Source: Candidatus Obscuribacterales bacterium (GTDB lineage: Bacteria > Cyanobacteriota > Vampirovibrionia > Obscuribacterales > Obscuribacteraceae). From it: a stretch of 64,000 bases of DNA. The stretch is taken from the NCBI GenBank assembly GCA_965228855.1, contig CBDDIJ010000002.1:1888001-1952000 (forward strand), read 5' to 3'. Positions 36,261-46,357 of this stretch are shown one piece after another (positions within the stretch are counted from its first letter, which is position 1; each line of letters opens with the position of its first letter). The position numbers and the translations under genes were made by a program. The notes under the pieces were generated by a model. It did no database searches, was not told the DNA's origin, and saw only the letters and a list, made by a program, of their open reading frames with translations.

Positions 36261-38441
36261 CTAGAGTTTGGACTGAGCTGAGATAATGAAGTCCATTGGA
36301 TCCTTGTCTTCACTTTTGAGTGACGTAGCATTTATACACTCTGTCATCAATCCGCATTTTGGAAGAGCTGCGCGAATTCGAGCCTCGGTCGCCTCGGTCA
36401 TGTTGCTGTAGAGAATGCCTGTTTGACTCAGTTTTCGCAGGCTGAGCAGAGTATGGTAAATCGCCTTCTCTGATGCTTTGATGTGACTGAGGTGTAGTGC
36501 CTCCAACTTTTTCAGCTTACTAATTACTTCCAGATCGTTATCATCGAGTGGAATGCCTCCCAGGCTGAGCTGCTGCAGATTGGGGCATTTTGCTATTAGG
36601 GGCACGGTCGCGCGTGTTGTTTTTGTGCCGCTCAACCCCAGGGCTTTCATTTTGGCGCCTTTTTTAGTTGCCACCAATTCGACCGTTCTATCCGTAATTT
36701 CCGGACAATCATTCAATTGTAGGTCGTTCAGTTTCGGAAGTGACAGGAGCTTTTCTACGCAATCATCATCACAGGGCGTTGAGTTTAGTACGATACCTTC
36801 AAGTGTTCGACATCCGCTGAGCACTTTGATACCGTTCCTGGTGATATCGGTGACGCCGACGCTCAAGAATTTGAGCTTCGGAAAGCGGCATAGTTCTGCC
36901 ACGACTTCAGGGCTAATATTTTTGCAGTTATCCAAATAAAGCGACTGAAGATTTTTCATCTTCTTGAGCTTTCGAACTTTTGCGAGGGTGATGTTGGTAT
37001 CTTGCAGCGCCAGCTTTTCAATGTTATCCAGCTTGACCAGTTCTGCGAAGCCCGCGTCAGTCAGGTTTGTCGCTGACAGGTCCAGGATTGTCACATTTGG
37101 CGTTCTCAGGTACTTCAATCCGGTTCCAGTTATGGAAGTGTGGTTCAAACTTACTGGAAGAATTTTGTCTTTGTATGTGTAATTCTGGAAGCAAACCAAT
37201 TCTTCATCTCTAAGCAATGTCGAGTTGTACGGCGTATAGTGCTGCTTTGGTGAACGCTCCATGTAATCAGAGTCGCCGCTAGAGTGAAAGAAACTGCTTA
37301 TTTTTTTTGGTTTTTCTGTTATCGGTTTGATCTTGATTGACTCTATGTCGTCCATCCCCGACGTCTCTACTTTTGCGCTCTTTATCGACTTGTCGTGACG
37401 TTTGAATCCGGAGGCGGCTTTAGCTGCCCCGCTATGAGGATCGTGTAGGACAAATGCTGCAAGCCCAAACGCCGCCGCGAGAATTCCGCCGACCGCGACA
37501 ACTGGAAGGGCGGCATGGATGACTCTCAGCGTCATGAATACTTTGTCGCGCTTCGTCGACTCGGTCTTTGCACCACCGGCAGTGCTATCCGGTTTCGCTT
37601 CCAAATCGTGCTTCACTCGCGAAAGCGTCTCCCTGACTTCGATGACACTTTGTGGGCGATCCTTCGGATTTTTCGAAAGCATCGAGTCAAGCAAACGATC
37701 CAGCTGATCGGGAATTTCCCATGCGGGTGCCAGTTCCGAAAGTAGTGGCGGCTGTTGATCAATGTGCTGGCGAAGCAGGTCAAAAATATCTTCGCTGTAA
37801 AACGGGGTCTCGCCGGCTATCATTCGAAAGGCGATACAGGCTAAACCGTAAATGTCGGAGCGTTCGTCACCCAGTCGACCTTGCGCCTGTTCCGGACTGA
37901 TGAACAGCGGGCTCCCGATTGCGGCTCCTGTATCTGTTCGTGATTTCTCCTGGTCGGGATCTTTTGCAAGACCGAAGTCCACTACAACCGCAAGCGGTTC
38001 CGTATCAAAATTTTGCACCATTATATTCGACGTCTTCAGATCTCGATGAGCGATGCTCTTTGAATGCGCGCTCTTTAATCCGTCGCAGATCTGAATCATT
38101 AGATTGAGCGCCAGAGGCAGGGGCAGGCGCCCTTCTTGTTCAATAATTTCGTCAAGACTTTTTCCGTCGACGAAACTCATAATAAGGTAGGCTCGATTCT
38201 TGTGAGTCTTGCCAAAGTTGAGAATCGAAACCAGGTTTGGATGATCTAGCTTGGCGGCGGACTTTGCTTCCTTTTGAAAGCTGATCAAGCCGCGTTCATC
38301 TATATGGCGTAAAACCTTGATAGCGACTCGCTTGTCAAGGTTGCTGTCGTGTGCGCTGAATACTGATGCCGTGGCGCCGCTGGAAATGTAGGTAATATCG
38401 CTGTATCGAGAACCTAGAGCTGACGCGACATCGTCAGGCAT
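36261..38441 (-). CDS. Ser/Thr protein kinase - TM - LRR protein
   Basis: VAIK, HRDLKTSN, DFG, GSPLFISPE; TM LPVVAVGGILAAAFGLAAFVL; LRRs. Start uncertain (ORF open to 38570). Confidence 0.92.
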   Translation of the reverse strand: MPDDVASALGSRYSDITYISSGATASVFSAHDSNLDKRVAIKVLRHIDERGLISFQKEAKSAAKLDHPNLVSILNFGKTHKNRAYLIMSFVDGKSLDEIIEQEGRLPLPLALNLMIQICDGLKSAHSKSIAHRDLKTSNIMVQNFDTEPLAVVVDFGLAKDPDQEKSRTDTGAAIGSPLFISPEQAQGRLGDERSDIYGLACIAFRMIAGETPFYSEDIFDLLRQHIDQQPPLLSELAPAWEIPDQLDRLLDSMLSKNPKDRPQSVIEVRETLSRVKHDLEAKPDSTAGGAKTESTKRDKVFMTLRVIHAALPVVAVGGILAAAFGLAAFVLHDPHSGAAKAASGFKRHDKSIKSAKVETSGMDDIESIKIKPITEKPKKISSFFHSSGDSDYMERSPKQHYTPYNSTLLRDEELVCFQNYTYKDKILPVSLNHTSITGTGLKYLRTPNVTILDLSATNLTDAGFAELVKLDNIEKLALQDTNITLAKVRKLKKMKNLQSLYLDNCKNISPEVVAELCRFPKLKFLSVGVTDITRNGIKVLSGCRTLEGIVLNSTPCDDDCVEKLLSLPKLNDLQLNDCPEITDRTVELVATKKGAKMKALGLSGTKTTRATVPLIAKCPNLQQLSLGGIPLDDNDLEVISKLKKLEALHLSHIKASEKAIYHTLLSLRKLSQTGILYSNMTEATEARIRAALPKCGLMTECINATSLKSEDKDPMDFIISAQSKL

Positions 38442-38827
38442 CTGGTTTGAATTGAGGCTTTTGATAGCTCTCAAAGTGGGATTCCTCGGGGCTCTAGGGA
38501 TTCGAATGCATGGTCGCAGCCGAGCAAAGCTCTTGCGAATACGCAATGCTGTACCAGAAATATATTCCACGGGTATATCGGTTTTTCGCGTCTAAATTCT
38601 GCTCGAAATCCAGAAGAGGCAAGGGCGCCCGGATTTCGATCATTAAACTTTCACGCAGCGTTAAGACCACAACGTTTAGTTGAATAAAGACTACGAGCCA
38701 GTCGCCTATTTACTACCAAATGTGATCGACTGTGTGATGAGGAACGGTCACTTTCGTAAACGTAACCGACATGCGGTAAAACGTCGATCCGGCTACCGAG
38801 GCTCAACCATTCGAGTTCACGGTGCGT

Positions 38828-40972
38828 TCACTCGGGCTGTATCATCTCCAGGCAGTCTTCGACGTTATCACCACTTTTGGGTTTGTTGCCCGGCGTCATA
38901 AACATGCAGTCTCGCCATCGTCTGCGAAGTTCGTCTACGGACTCTGTCGGCGCATCTATTGAAAGCATGAAAATTTTGCGCATGTTTTTCAGCTTGTATA
39001 AGTGAGCAATCCCATTCGCGGAACACATTACTTTTCCGATGTACAGGTATTTTAGTTCGGGAAGATCTCCGAAAATTTTCATCTGCTCATCACCGATTAC
39101 CACTCCTGGTATCTCAATGAATGACAGCCTTTTGCATTTAGCCAGGCAGGCAAGATCTTCAGGTTGTGTGTTGGTAGCACCAAATCCGATGAGCTGAAGA
39201 TTTGGAAGTGCAGTCGTAATTGCGTTTAGCGTTTTGCCCGTCAATTTTTCGCAGCGATTCAAGCGAACATCGATTAGATGTGGCAACTTGAAAAGCGGCT
39301 CTATTCCTGCGTCCGTGAGGTCGGCTCCGTCAAGTTGAACAGTGACTAGGTTGGTGCATTTTGTCAGACAGGCTGCACCTTTATCGGTAACCTTCGATTT
39401 CTTATCGCGCGCGACAAGGACGAGCAGAGATTTGATTTTTGAAACCTCTTCCATCATCTCATCATTCAAGTTTGGATTGGTGTCGAGGCCCAGTTCCATC
39501 AACTTGGGCAGGCGAGACAGCAGGCGCATTTCCTTCGCGCTCACCTTCGTACTTGCCAGAGTCACTGCATGCAAATTGTTCAAGCTCGCGAGAGTCTCGT
39601 ACCCGATAGGTTGTAGGTTTGTGTAATTGAGCTCCAGGCAGAGGTTTGGAATATGTGCCAGATATTTGAGACCCTCTCCGGTTATATTGGAGGCAAAGCT
39701 CAAATTGATGTTGGATGTTGGAAGGGCTTGGCCGTCTAAAACTTCTAGATCTGCATCTGTTAAACTGCCGGCGTCTTTTGCCGCAAGTTGGTCCCAGTCC
39801 AGATGACTCATGAATACAGCGTTTTCGAAACGAAACAAGCGGTCAAGTTTCTCGGCTTTTGTTTCCACCTTAGTTGCTTCTGCAGGTTTTCCCTCTAGTA
39901 ATTTATATGCGATTAAACCAAGTACTGATACTACCAGTAGTGCCCCTGCAATTATCGGTATGATAAACTTGGAACGTTTTCGCCGGTTGACTGGTGTGTG
40001 TGCGATCCGGAGCAGGGGCGCTTGTCCCGCTGCAGGCTGTGCCAGGCGCTGACGTTGAATTTCAAGCAAAGCTTCTCTTACTTCTTTGATAGATTGAAAC
40101 CGATCAGCCGGATCTTTTTCAAGCATTTGATCGAGTAAAGGTTGAAGTAAAGGATCGAAATGCAGATGTGGTGCGGCGTCTGTGAGTCGCGGTGGATTAT
40201 CTTCAATGTGCTGACGGAGAAGATCGAACAAATCATCCGACTCGAAAACATATTTACCGGTGATCGCTCGAAAAATGATGCACCCAAATGAGTAGATATC
40301 TGAGCGTTCATCTCCGTGTAATCCCTTCGCCTGTTCGGGACTTATGAATCGAGGCGTACCGCGTAACTTTCCGCTGGACGAACCCTGTCTGGTTTTGTCC
40401 TGCGGTTTTCGTTCTCTTGCTAAACCGAAGTCGACAACAACTGCGTTCACTCCGTCGGTTCCAAAGTTTTGAATGATTATGTTGGATGTTTTCAAATCTC
40501 TGTGTGCAATTTTTTTTCTGTGCGAATGAATCATTCCTTCGCAGATTTGCAAGAAGATTGGTAGCGCGACATCGAATTTGAGAGGACCGCGCTCTTCAAG
40601 CAGATCCTCGAACTCAACTCCTTCCACGAAATCCATAATCAGATAAGCATGGTTTTTCGGCGTGATACCAAAGTTCAGCGTCGCCACTAGATTGCGATGA
40701 TCGAGTTTGCAGGCGGTTTTTGCTTCGTGCTGGAAGTTCATCAGCCGATGCTCGTCAGCGTTCGACAATAGTTTAATAGCAACGCGTTTATCGAGATTTC
40801 TATCCAGCGCGCTAAACACGGAGCTGGTCGCGCCACTCGAAATATATTCTATGTTTGCGAAACGCCCCTCTCCAAGCGCATCGAGCACATCTTGCGGCAA
40901 TTCGCGCTGGTTGAAAACCTCTTCTGTCGCTGAAGCCGTTGGTTCGATATTTGAATTTTGTTCCGCGTTCAT
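38828..40972 (-). CDS. Ser/Thr protein kinase - TM - LRR protein
   Basis: VAIK, HRDLKTSN, DFG, GTPRFISPE; TM IIPIIAGALLVVSVLGLIAY; LRRs. Confidence 0.93.
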   Translation of the reverse strand: MNAEQNSNIEPTASATEEVFNQRELPQDVLDALGEGRFANIEYISSGATSSVFSALDRNLDKRVAIKLLSNADEHRLMNFQHEAKTACKLDHRNLVATLNFGITPKNHAYLIMDFVEGVEFEDLLEERGPLKFDVALPIFLQICEGMIHSHRKKIAHRDLKTSNIIIQNFGTDGVNAVVVDFGLARERKPQDKTRQGSSSGKLRGTPRFISPEQAKGLHGDERSDIYSFGCIIFRAITGKYVFESDDLFDLLRQHIEDNPPRLTDAAPHLHFDPLLQPLLDQMLEKDPADRFQSIKEVREALLEIQRQRLAQPAAGQAPLLRIAHTPVNRRKRSKFIIPIIAGALLVVSVLGLIAYKLLEGKPAEATKVETKAEKLDRLFRFENAVFMSHLDWDQLAAKDAGSLTDADLEVLDGQALPTSNINLSFASNITGEGLKYLAHIPNLCLELNYTNLQPIGYETLASLNNLHAVTLASTKVSAKEMRLLSRLPKLMELGLDTNPNLNDEMMEEVSKIKSLLVLVARDKKSKVTDKGAACLTKCTNLVTVQLDGADLTDAGIEPLFKLPHLIDVRLNRCEKLTGKTLNAITTALPNLQLIGFGATNTQPEDLACLAKCKRLSFIEIPGVVIGDEQMKIFGDLPELKYLYIGKVMCSANGIAHLYKLKNMRKIFMLSIDAPTESVDELRRRWRDCMFMTPGNKPKSGDNVEDCLEMIQPE

Positions 40973-41895
40973 CTCATTGCGAGAATAGAAAGAAGCAATT
41001 CTTCAAATGCATTCTTATCCAGCTGGGATGCGACCTGAACCTTACGCCCGCCGAAGAGAGTTGTGAAAGTTCTGCCCTGGCTTTTGCCGCTGACGTTGGT
41101 ATCCAGCCGCATATCTTTGAATTTAAACAGGCTCGGCTCGATTGCTGCAGCCGCGGTTATGGTATCCCAGAAGTAGTATTCAAAGCCCTTAACCAGCGAC
41201 CAGAGTTTCGTCGCAAGTTTTGATGCTTTCGACTTTTCAGCTTGAATCTCAAGCTTTTGCAAAAATTCTTTTGTGACCGGCAGCTGATTAGTCAAATCTA
41301 GCGTTATAAGTTTAATTGGAATTTTGGTGTCGAGAATGGCTTTGAAAGCGCCCGGATCCGCGTAGAGATTCCATTCGGCGCTGCCATCGTGCCCCTCTTC
41401 CTCAACGTTGCCTGGTACGCTGATGGCACCGCCCATGATGACCATCTCTTTGACCTTCTGGGTTAGATCCGGTTGTTCAGCAAACACTTTGGCGACGTTT
41501 GTGAGTGGACCCGTCGTGACAATAGTCATAGGGACCTTGGTGTTAGCCAGGCAGTCCGCGAATACTGATTCGCAACGCCGCGCGCGCCCCGCCTGGTAAG
41601 GTTCCTTCAAATAATTTTCGCCGAACAAAGGCAACTCGTTGATGATGTGGCTTTCCCTTCTCCAGTTGTCAGGGAATGGATTCGGCATTTCGTCTGGAGT
41701 CATGGCTATCTCGGCGCCTTCAAGATCGAGATAGGTTCCAATCTTCAGCATGACCTCCAGTCCCTGCTCGGCGAAGCAGTCGCCGTTTGTCACGCCGATA
41801 GCCTGCAGTTCGATTTCCGGCGCGAGCCAGAGCAGAATTGTGCTTATCAGATCATCTACGTGACCGTCGTGGTCGTGAAGGACAGGCTGACCCAT
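40969..41895 (-). CDS. Nucleoside hydrolase
   Basis: DHDGHVDD Asp cluster, TGPLTN, MGGA, AEWNLYADP, YFWD. Confidence 0.93.
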   Translation of the reverse strand: MGQPVLHDHDGHVDDLISTILLWLAPEIELQAIGVTNGDCFAEQGLEVMLKIGTYLDLEGAEIAMTPDEMPNPFPDNWRRESHIINELPLFGENYLKEPYQAGRARRCESVFADCLANTKVPMTIVTTGPLTNVAKVFAEQPDLTQKVKEMVIMGGAISVPGNVEEEGHDGSAEWNLYADPGAFKAILDTKIPIKLITLDLTNQLPVTKEFLQKLEIQAEKSKASKLATKLWSLVKGFEYYFWDTITAAAAIEPSLFKFKDMRLDTNVSGKSQGRTFTTLFGGRKVQVASQLDKNAFEELLLSILAMR

Positions 41896-41996
41896 CGAGG
41901 CTGACGCTCTCTAGTATGTTGACATCCGGGAAACCAGAAATCAGTTTACTGCGAGCGGGTCCCTCCTTGCATTAGCACATGAGAAATCGTTGAGGT

Positions 41997-43817
41997 TTAT
42001 AACAGGGGAAAGCCGTCTTCGTGTTTCTTCTTGGCTGTATTCACGATTTTTATGCCTGGACGCGCTTGCTTAAGCGCTTGAATAGCCTGGTTCGTGATTT
42101 TCGGACAGCCGTCGATTTTGAGGTCGAGAAGGCGAGGCATACGCGCCATGCGCTTCATAGTTAGATCCGTGATCTCTTGATTTCGCGAAATCGTCAGCGT
42201 GTCAACGTTTAGCGCGAGTATTGGCTTGATTGATTCGTCATTGAGCTCGTTGAATGATACATTCAGGTCTCGAAGTTCAGGCAGATTTTTCAACTTCTTA
42301 TATCCGTCTATTCCAACCGGAGTATAGGACAAGTCCAGTCGTTGAAGATGGGGCGCGATTTTTTGCAGAGAGTCGATTGATTCATGTGTAAGCTTTCTGC
42401 ATCCTGCCAGCCCTAGATATGTGAGAGTCGGGAGTTCGGAAATTTGCGCGATGCCTTCGTCCGTAATCCAGGAATAGCTTATGTTGAGGTGTTTGAGTTT
42501 CTTCAAATCACCGATGAAATGAAGGTGCTCGTCCTTGATCTTAGATTCCGGCATATCAAGTTTTTCGACTGGCTCTTCCTTCAAATATTGGAGACCCCAA
42601 CCTTCCAATCGCATGGCGTACAGCTGAACAGACTTCACTCGTTTGCCGCGCAGATCTTTGAAGTACTCGTCTCCCATTCTGCAGTCGATGTTGGTCCATG
42701 TATCCATGTCGTTCTTCCGAAACGGCATAAACTTCCAGTCCTTTTCTTCGACGCCTGTGTAAGTGTAGGATAGCGGTCTCACACTAACTACGGCCTTCTC
42801 CTCGTTTCTAATTGCATTAAGTGAGAACATGCTCGTCGCTGCGATTAAAACTGTTGAGGCTGCCAGGGCGATTCGATGCTGGCGGATAAAGGAGGATGCC
42901 TGGAATTTATTTTTCGTGTATTCCTTACCGTTGTCCGGAAATAGTAATTGTGTTTCTTCCGGCAACAGTGCAAGTAATTCGGACTTGAGTTGATAAAACG
43001 ACTGGTAGCGATCGTTTTTATCCTTCGACATGGCCGTTGAAATAATCTGATCGAGGTCCTCTGAATAGTCGCCTGTATAGCCGCGTTCCGCAAGCTTTGG
43101 CACAGGGCTGTTGACGTGGAGGTCGAATAGCTCGATTTGGTTTTGTCCTTTAAATGGCGGCGTCTTCGTCAACGTTTCAAACATCAAGCACCCGAAGGAG
43201 TAGATGTCCGTGCGATGATCGATTGGTTTTGCTTGAAATTGTTCAGGACTCGAATAGGTTGGTGTTCCGATGACTACACCGGTGCGTGTTAGCTTCTGAT
43301 CGCTGGAAACTACCTTGGCTAGTCCGAAATCGACGATGCGAACGTTGCTGTTATCGTTGGATGCATCTACCAACATCACGTTGCTCGGTTTCAGATCCCT
43401 GTGCATAACGCCCTGACCATGAGCATGCGCAAGTGCATCGCAGATCTGGACAAATACTTTTATTGCCTTTTCCAGAGGCATCGGACCGCTTTCTTTCAGT
43501 GCTTGCGAGAGCGTACCCCCCTCCACCAGATCCATTACAAGAAATAAGAGGCCGTTTTCGCCTCTTCCGAAATCGAGCACTGTGACTATGTTTGGATGAT
43601 GGAGTTTGCTCGCCAGTCTCGCCTCTTGTTGGAAGCGTACGGCAAGCTCTTCAATTGCATGATGGCCCGCGACAACCTTAACTGCTACAGGGCGCGCTAG
43701 CACCGAATCATAGGCGCTGAAAACGCAGGCCATGCCGCCCGCTCCAATACTGCGAATGTTGGCGTATCGGAGCCCTAATGCCGCTTGAATTTGTGAGACG
43801 TCAAATGTACTCGGCAT
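41997..43817 (-). CDS. Ser/Thr protein kinase - TM - LRR protein
   Basis: GAGGMA, VAVK, HRDLKPSN, DFG, GTPTYSSPE; hydrophobic segment IALAASTVLIAATSMF; LRRs. Confidence 0.93.
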   Translation of the reverse strand: MPSTFDVSQIQAALGLRYANIRSIGAGGMACVFSAYDSVLARPVAVKVVAGHHAIEELAVRFQQEARLASKLHHPNIVTVLDFGRGENGLLFLVMDLVEGGTLSQALKESGPMPLEKAIKVFVQICDALAHAHGQGVMHRDLKPSNVMLVDASNDNSNVRIVDFGLAKVVSSDQKLTRTGVVIGTPTYSSPEQFQAKPIDHRTDIYSFGCLMFETLTKTPPFKGQNQIELFDLHVNSPVPKLAERGYTGDYSEDLDQIISTAMSKDKNDRYQSFYQLKSELLALLPEETQLLFPDNGKEYTKNKFQASSFIRQHRIALAASTVLIAATSMFSLNAIRNEEKAVVSVRPLSYTYTGVEEKDWKFMPFRKNDMDTWTNIDCRMGDEYFKDLRGKRVKSVQLYAMRLEGWGLQYLKEEPVEKLDMPESKIKDEHLHFIGDLKKLKHLNISYSWITDEGIAQISELPTLTYLGLAGCRKLTHESIDSLQKIAPHLQRLDLSYTPVGIDGYKKLKNLPELRDLNVSFNELNDESIKPILALNVDTLTISRNQEITDLTMKRMARMPRLLDLKIDGCPKITNQAIQALKQARPGIKIVNTAKKKHEDGFPLL

Positions 43818-43878
43818 TGTTCACCGAACCGTGGATGGTCTATTTATTCCACAATTCAGGTTAAGTGAAAACGGGCGC

Positions 43879-44187
43879 TTAGATTATGCCGAGCTGCATT
43901 TGAACTTCTTCGCTCGACATTGTTCTTGGATCCCATCTTGGACTCCATACAAGTTCGATCTTCGCTTCGTTGACCCAGGGGAGTTTTTTCACAGCTTGAT
44001 GCGCTTGACCCTGGATGACGGCTCCAAGTGGGCATGCCGGGCTGGTCAAGGTCATTTTGACGGTGACGTTGGAATCCTCGACCTTGATGTCGTAAATCAA
44101 GCCGAGGTCGACGATACTCATGTTGAGTTCCGGATCGACAACCGTTCTTAAATTCTCTCGGACTACATCTTCTTGAAGCGTCGACAT
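43879..44187 (-). CDS. sufT: DUF59/SufT Fe-S assembly protein
   Basis: DPELNMSIVDLGLIY, MTLTSPACP; last gene of the suf operon. Confidence 0.9.
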   Translation of the reverse strand: MSTLQEDVVRENLRTVVDPELNMSIVDLGLIYDIKVEDSNVTVKMTLTSPACPLGAVIQGQAHQAVKKLPWVNEAKIELVWSPRWDPRTMSSEEVQMQLGII

Positions 44188-44243
44188 CTTTCCTCTCCTG
44201 AAACGAATTGCGTCTTTCTCGTTTTTCTATTGCCGAGGAAACT

Positions 44244-44696
44244 CTAGCGTTTTCCTTCGACGGTTTCGATTCCTTCAATCAGCGTGTTCCACGGAAGCAA
44301 CGCGCACTTGATTCGAACCGGGTATTTTTTTACGCCCTGGAGCGCTTCCAGATCCTCGAGGTCTTCCGGAAGATCAAGCTCTTCAGTATCGTTTCCTTTC
44401 GCAAGCATCATCTCTTTAAATGTGCCGATGATTTTGTTCGCTTCATCGATACTTTTTCCAAGAACAGCTTCTGTCATCATGGAACCAGATGCGGTGTTAA
44501 TCGAGCAACCTTTCGCTTCCAATTTCACATCTTTGATTTTTCCATCTTCCACGCTCAGGTAGAGTGTGAGCTCATCACCGCAAAGCGGGTTGACACCCTC
44601 GATTTTCGCATCCGGTGACTCGATCGTTCCGTGATTACGAGGGTTGTGATAATGGTCGAGAATTGTTTCCCGATAAAGCTCATCTGCTAATGACAT
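44244..44696 (-). CDS. sufU: SufU sulfur-transfer protein
   Basis: LYRETILDH, NPLCGD, GCSI, RIKCALLPW. Confidence 0.95.
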   Translation of the reverse strand: MSLADELYRETILDHYHNPRNHGTIESPDAKIEGVNPLCGDELTLYLSVEDGKIKDVKLEAKGCSINTASGSMMTEAVLGKSIDEANKIIGTFKEMMLAKGNDTEELDLPEDLEDLEALQGVKKYPVRIKCALLPWNTLIEGIETVEGKR

Positions 44697-45966
44697 GACC
44701 GAAAATTCTTTTTGCCTCCACTAACGCGTTGATAAATGCATCAACGTCATCCTTTGTGTTGTATATGTAGAAACTGGCTCTGGCTGTGCCGCTCACGCCC
44801 AGGTCGTTCATCAGCGGTTGGCAGCAGTGGTGACCTGCTCTGATCGCGACAGCCGACTCGTTAAGCAACTGACCTAAATCATGAGGGTGAATGTCGTTGA
44901 ACGTGAAGGAAAGAACGCCACCCTTGAGCGACGCGTCTGTTGGTCCATAAACCTTTACGCCATCGAGTTCGTGGATGCGTTTCATCGCATAGGACGTCAG
45001 TTCGATTTCGTGCTGGCGAACGTTATCCATTCCGATCGCATTCAAGTAATCAATTGCGGCACCAGCTGCGATGACATCAGCGATATTGGGAGTTCCCGCT
45101 TCGAACTTCCAGGGAAGCTCGTTGAACTTGGTTCTGTCGCGATGCACGGATGCAATCATGTCACCGCCGAACATCCAGGGAGGCATTTTTTGAAGCAACT
45201 CTTCTTTGCCGTACAGAACACCGACGCCTGTTGGACCGAGCATTTTGTGAAAAGAGAAAGCGAGAAAATCCACATCGAGATCTTTCACGGAGGTGGCGAG
45301 GTGAGGCACGCCTTGAGCGCCATCGAGGAGAACGACGGCGCCGTTTTTGTGAGCGAGTTGAACGATCTCTTTGACTGGCGTTATTGAACCCAGTACGTTC
45401 GACATTTGCGAGATCGCGACAATCTTAGTCTTCGGTCCAATCACTTCCGCCGCATGCTTCAAGTCAATGCGTCCGTCTTCGGTAAGCTCGATAAAGCGCA
45501 GCGTCGCGCCCTTCTCCAGGGCTAGTTGTTGCCAGGGAACGAAATTCGAATGGTGTTCGAGCGCTGAAATAACGATCTCATCACCGGCATTAACGTTAGT
45601 TCTGCCCCAGCTGTTTACGACCAGGTTAATCGCTTCGGTCGCGCCACGAGTGAAAATAATCTGGCGTTCAGATCCCGCTTCAATGAAGTCGCGAATCTTC
45701 TCTCTGGTTTCTTCGTAAGCGCAGGTAGCCTCTTCGCTCAGCGTATGCAACCCGCGGTGAATGTTTGCATTGTAGTATTCGTAGTAATGAGTCAGTGCTT
45801 TGATGACTTGCACCGGCTTTTGAGATGTCGCTGCGTTATCGAGGTAGACGAGTCTTTTACCGTTCAACTCGCGGTTCAAAATTGGAAAATCGCTGATTAT
45901 CTTTGCTTGATCGAACATGCTTCCCGATTTTTCTGCTACTAACTCACTTTTTACAGATGGTGTCAT
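44680..45966 (-). CDS. sufS: Cysteine desulfurase SufS
   Basis: YLDNAATSQKP, EHHSN, HKMLGPTG, RAGHHC. Confidence 0.96.
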   Translation of the reverse strand: MTPSVKSELVAEKSGSMFDQAKIISDFPILNRELNGKRLVYLDNAATSQKPVQVIKALTHYYEYYNANIHRGLHTLSEEATCAYEETREKIRDFIEAGSERQIIFTRGATEAINLVVNSWGRTNVNAGDEIVISALEHHSNFVPWQQLALEKGATLRFIELTEDGRIDLKHAAEVIGPKTKIVAISQMSNVLGSITPVKEIVQLAHKNGAVVLLDGAQGVPHLATSVKDLDVDFLAFSFHKMLGPTGVGVLYGKEELLQKMPPWMFGGDMIASVHRDRTKFNELPWKFEAGTPNIADVIAAGAAIDYLNAIGMDNVRQHEIELTSYAMKRIHELDGVKVYGPTDASLKGGVLSFTFNDIHPHDLGQLLNESAVAIRAGHHCCQPLMNDLGVSGTARASFYIYNTKDDVDAFINALVEAKRIFGHVISR

Positions 45967-46042
45967 ATGTGGTTACCCGATTTTCTTAAGTCCTTCTGAT
46001 TGCCGCGTGAGGATTTTGAATTAAACTTCTCTGTTCGTTTCC

Positions 46043-46357
46043 CTATTCATCTGCTCCGACGAATACATCCTGGTCTCGCGTTTCAACCTTGAATGTCTCA
46101 ATCGGTTTAACAGCTGGAAGGCATAGCGCTTTGCCGTTGGTCACATCGAATCTCGCGCCGTGAAGAGGGCAGGTGACTTCTTTGCCGTCCAATTCGCCAT
46201 CGCTCAGCAATGCATAATCGTGTGAACACACATCTGATACCGCATATAGTGAGCCTTCAACGTTGCAAATCAGGACTTGCTCCCCGTCGATTTCAACGGC
46301 TTTCATTTGACCCGCTGGAATTTCGCTGAGGCTGGCAACTTTTTGAAGGTCGCTCAT
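46043..46357 (-). CDS. Rieske-type [2Fe-2S] ferredoxin
   Basis: CSH ... CPLH motifs. Confidence 0.93.
   Translation of the reverse strand: MSDLQKVASLSEIPAGQMKAVEIDGEQVLICNVEGSLYAVSDVCSHDYALLSDGELDGKEVTCPLHGARFDVTNGKALCLPAVKPIETFKVETRDQDVFVGADE

Noticed and set aside
36092..36286. Plus-strand 64-aa His-rich ORF
   Set aside because: CAT codons mirror the ATG codons of the minus-strand leader; antisense shadow.
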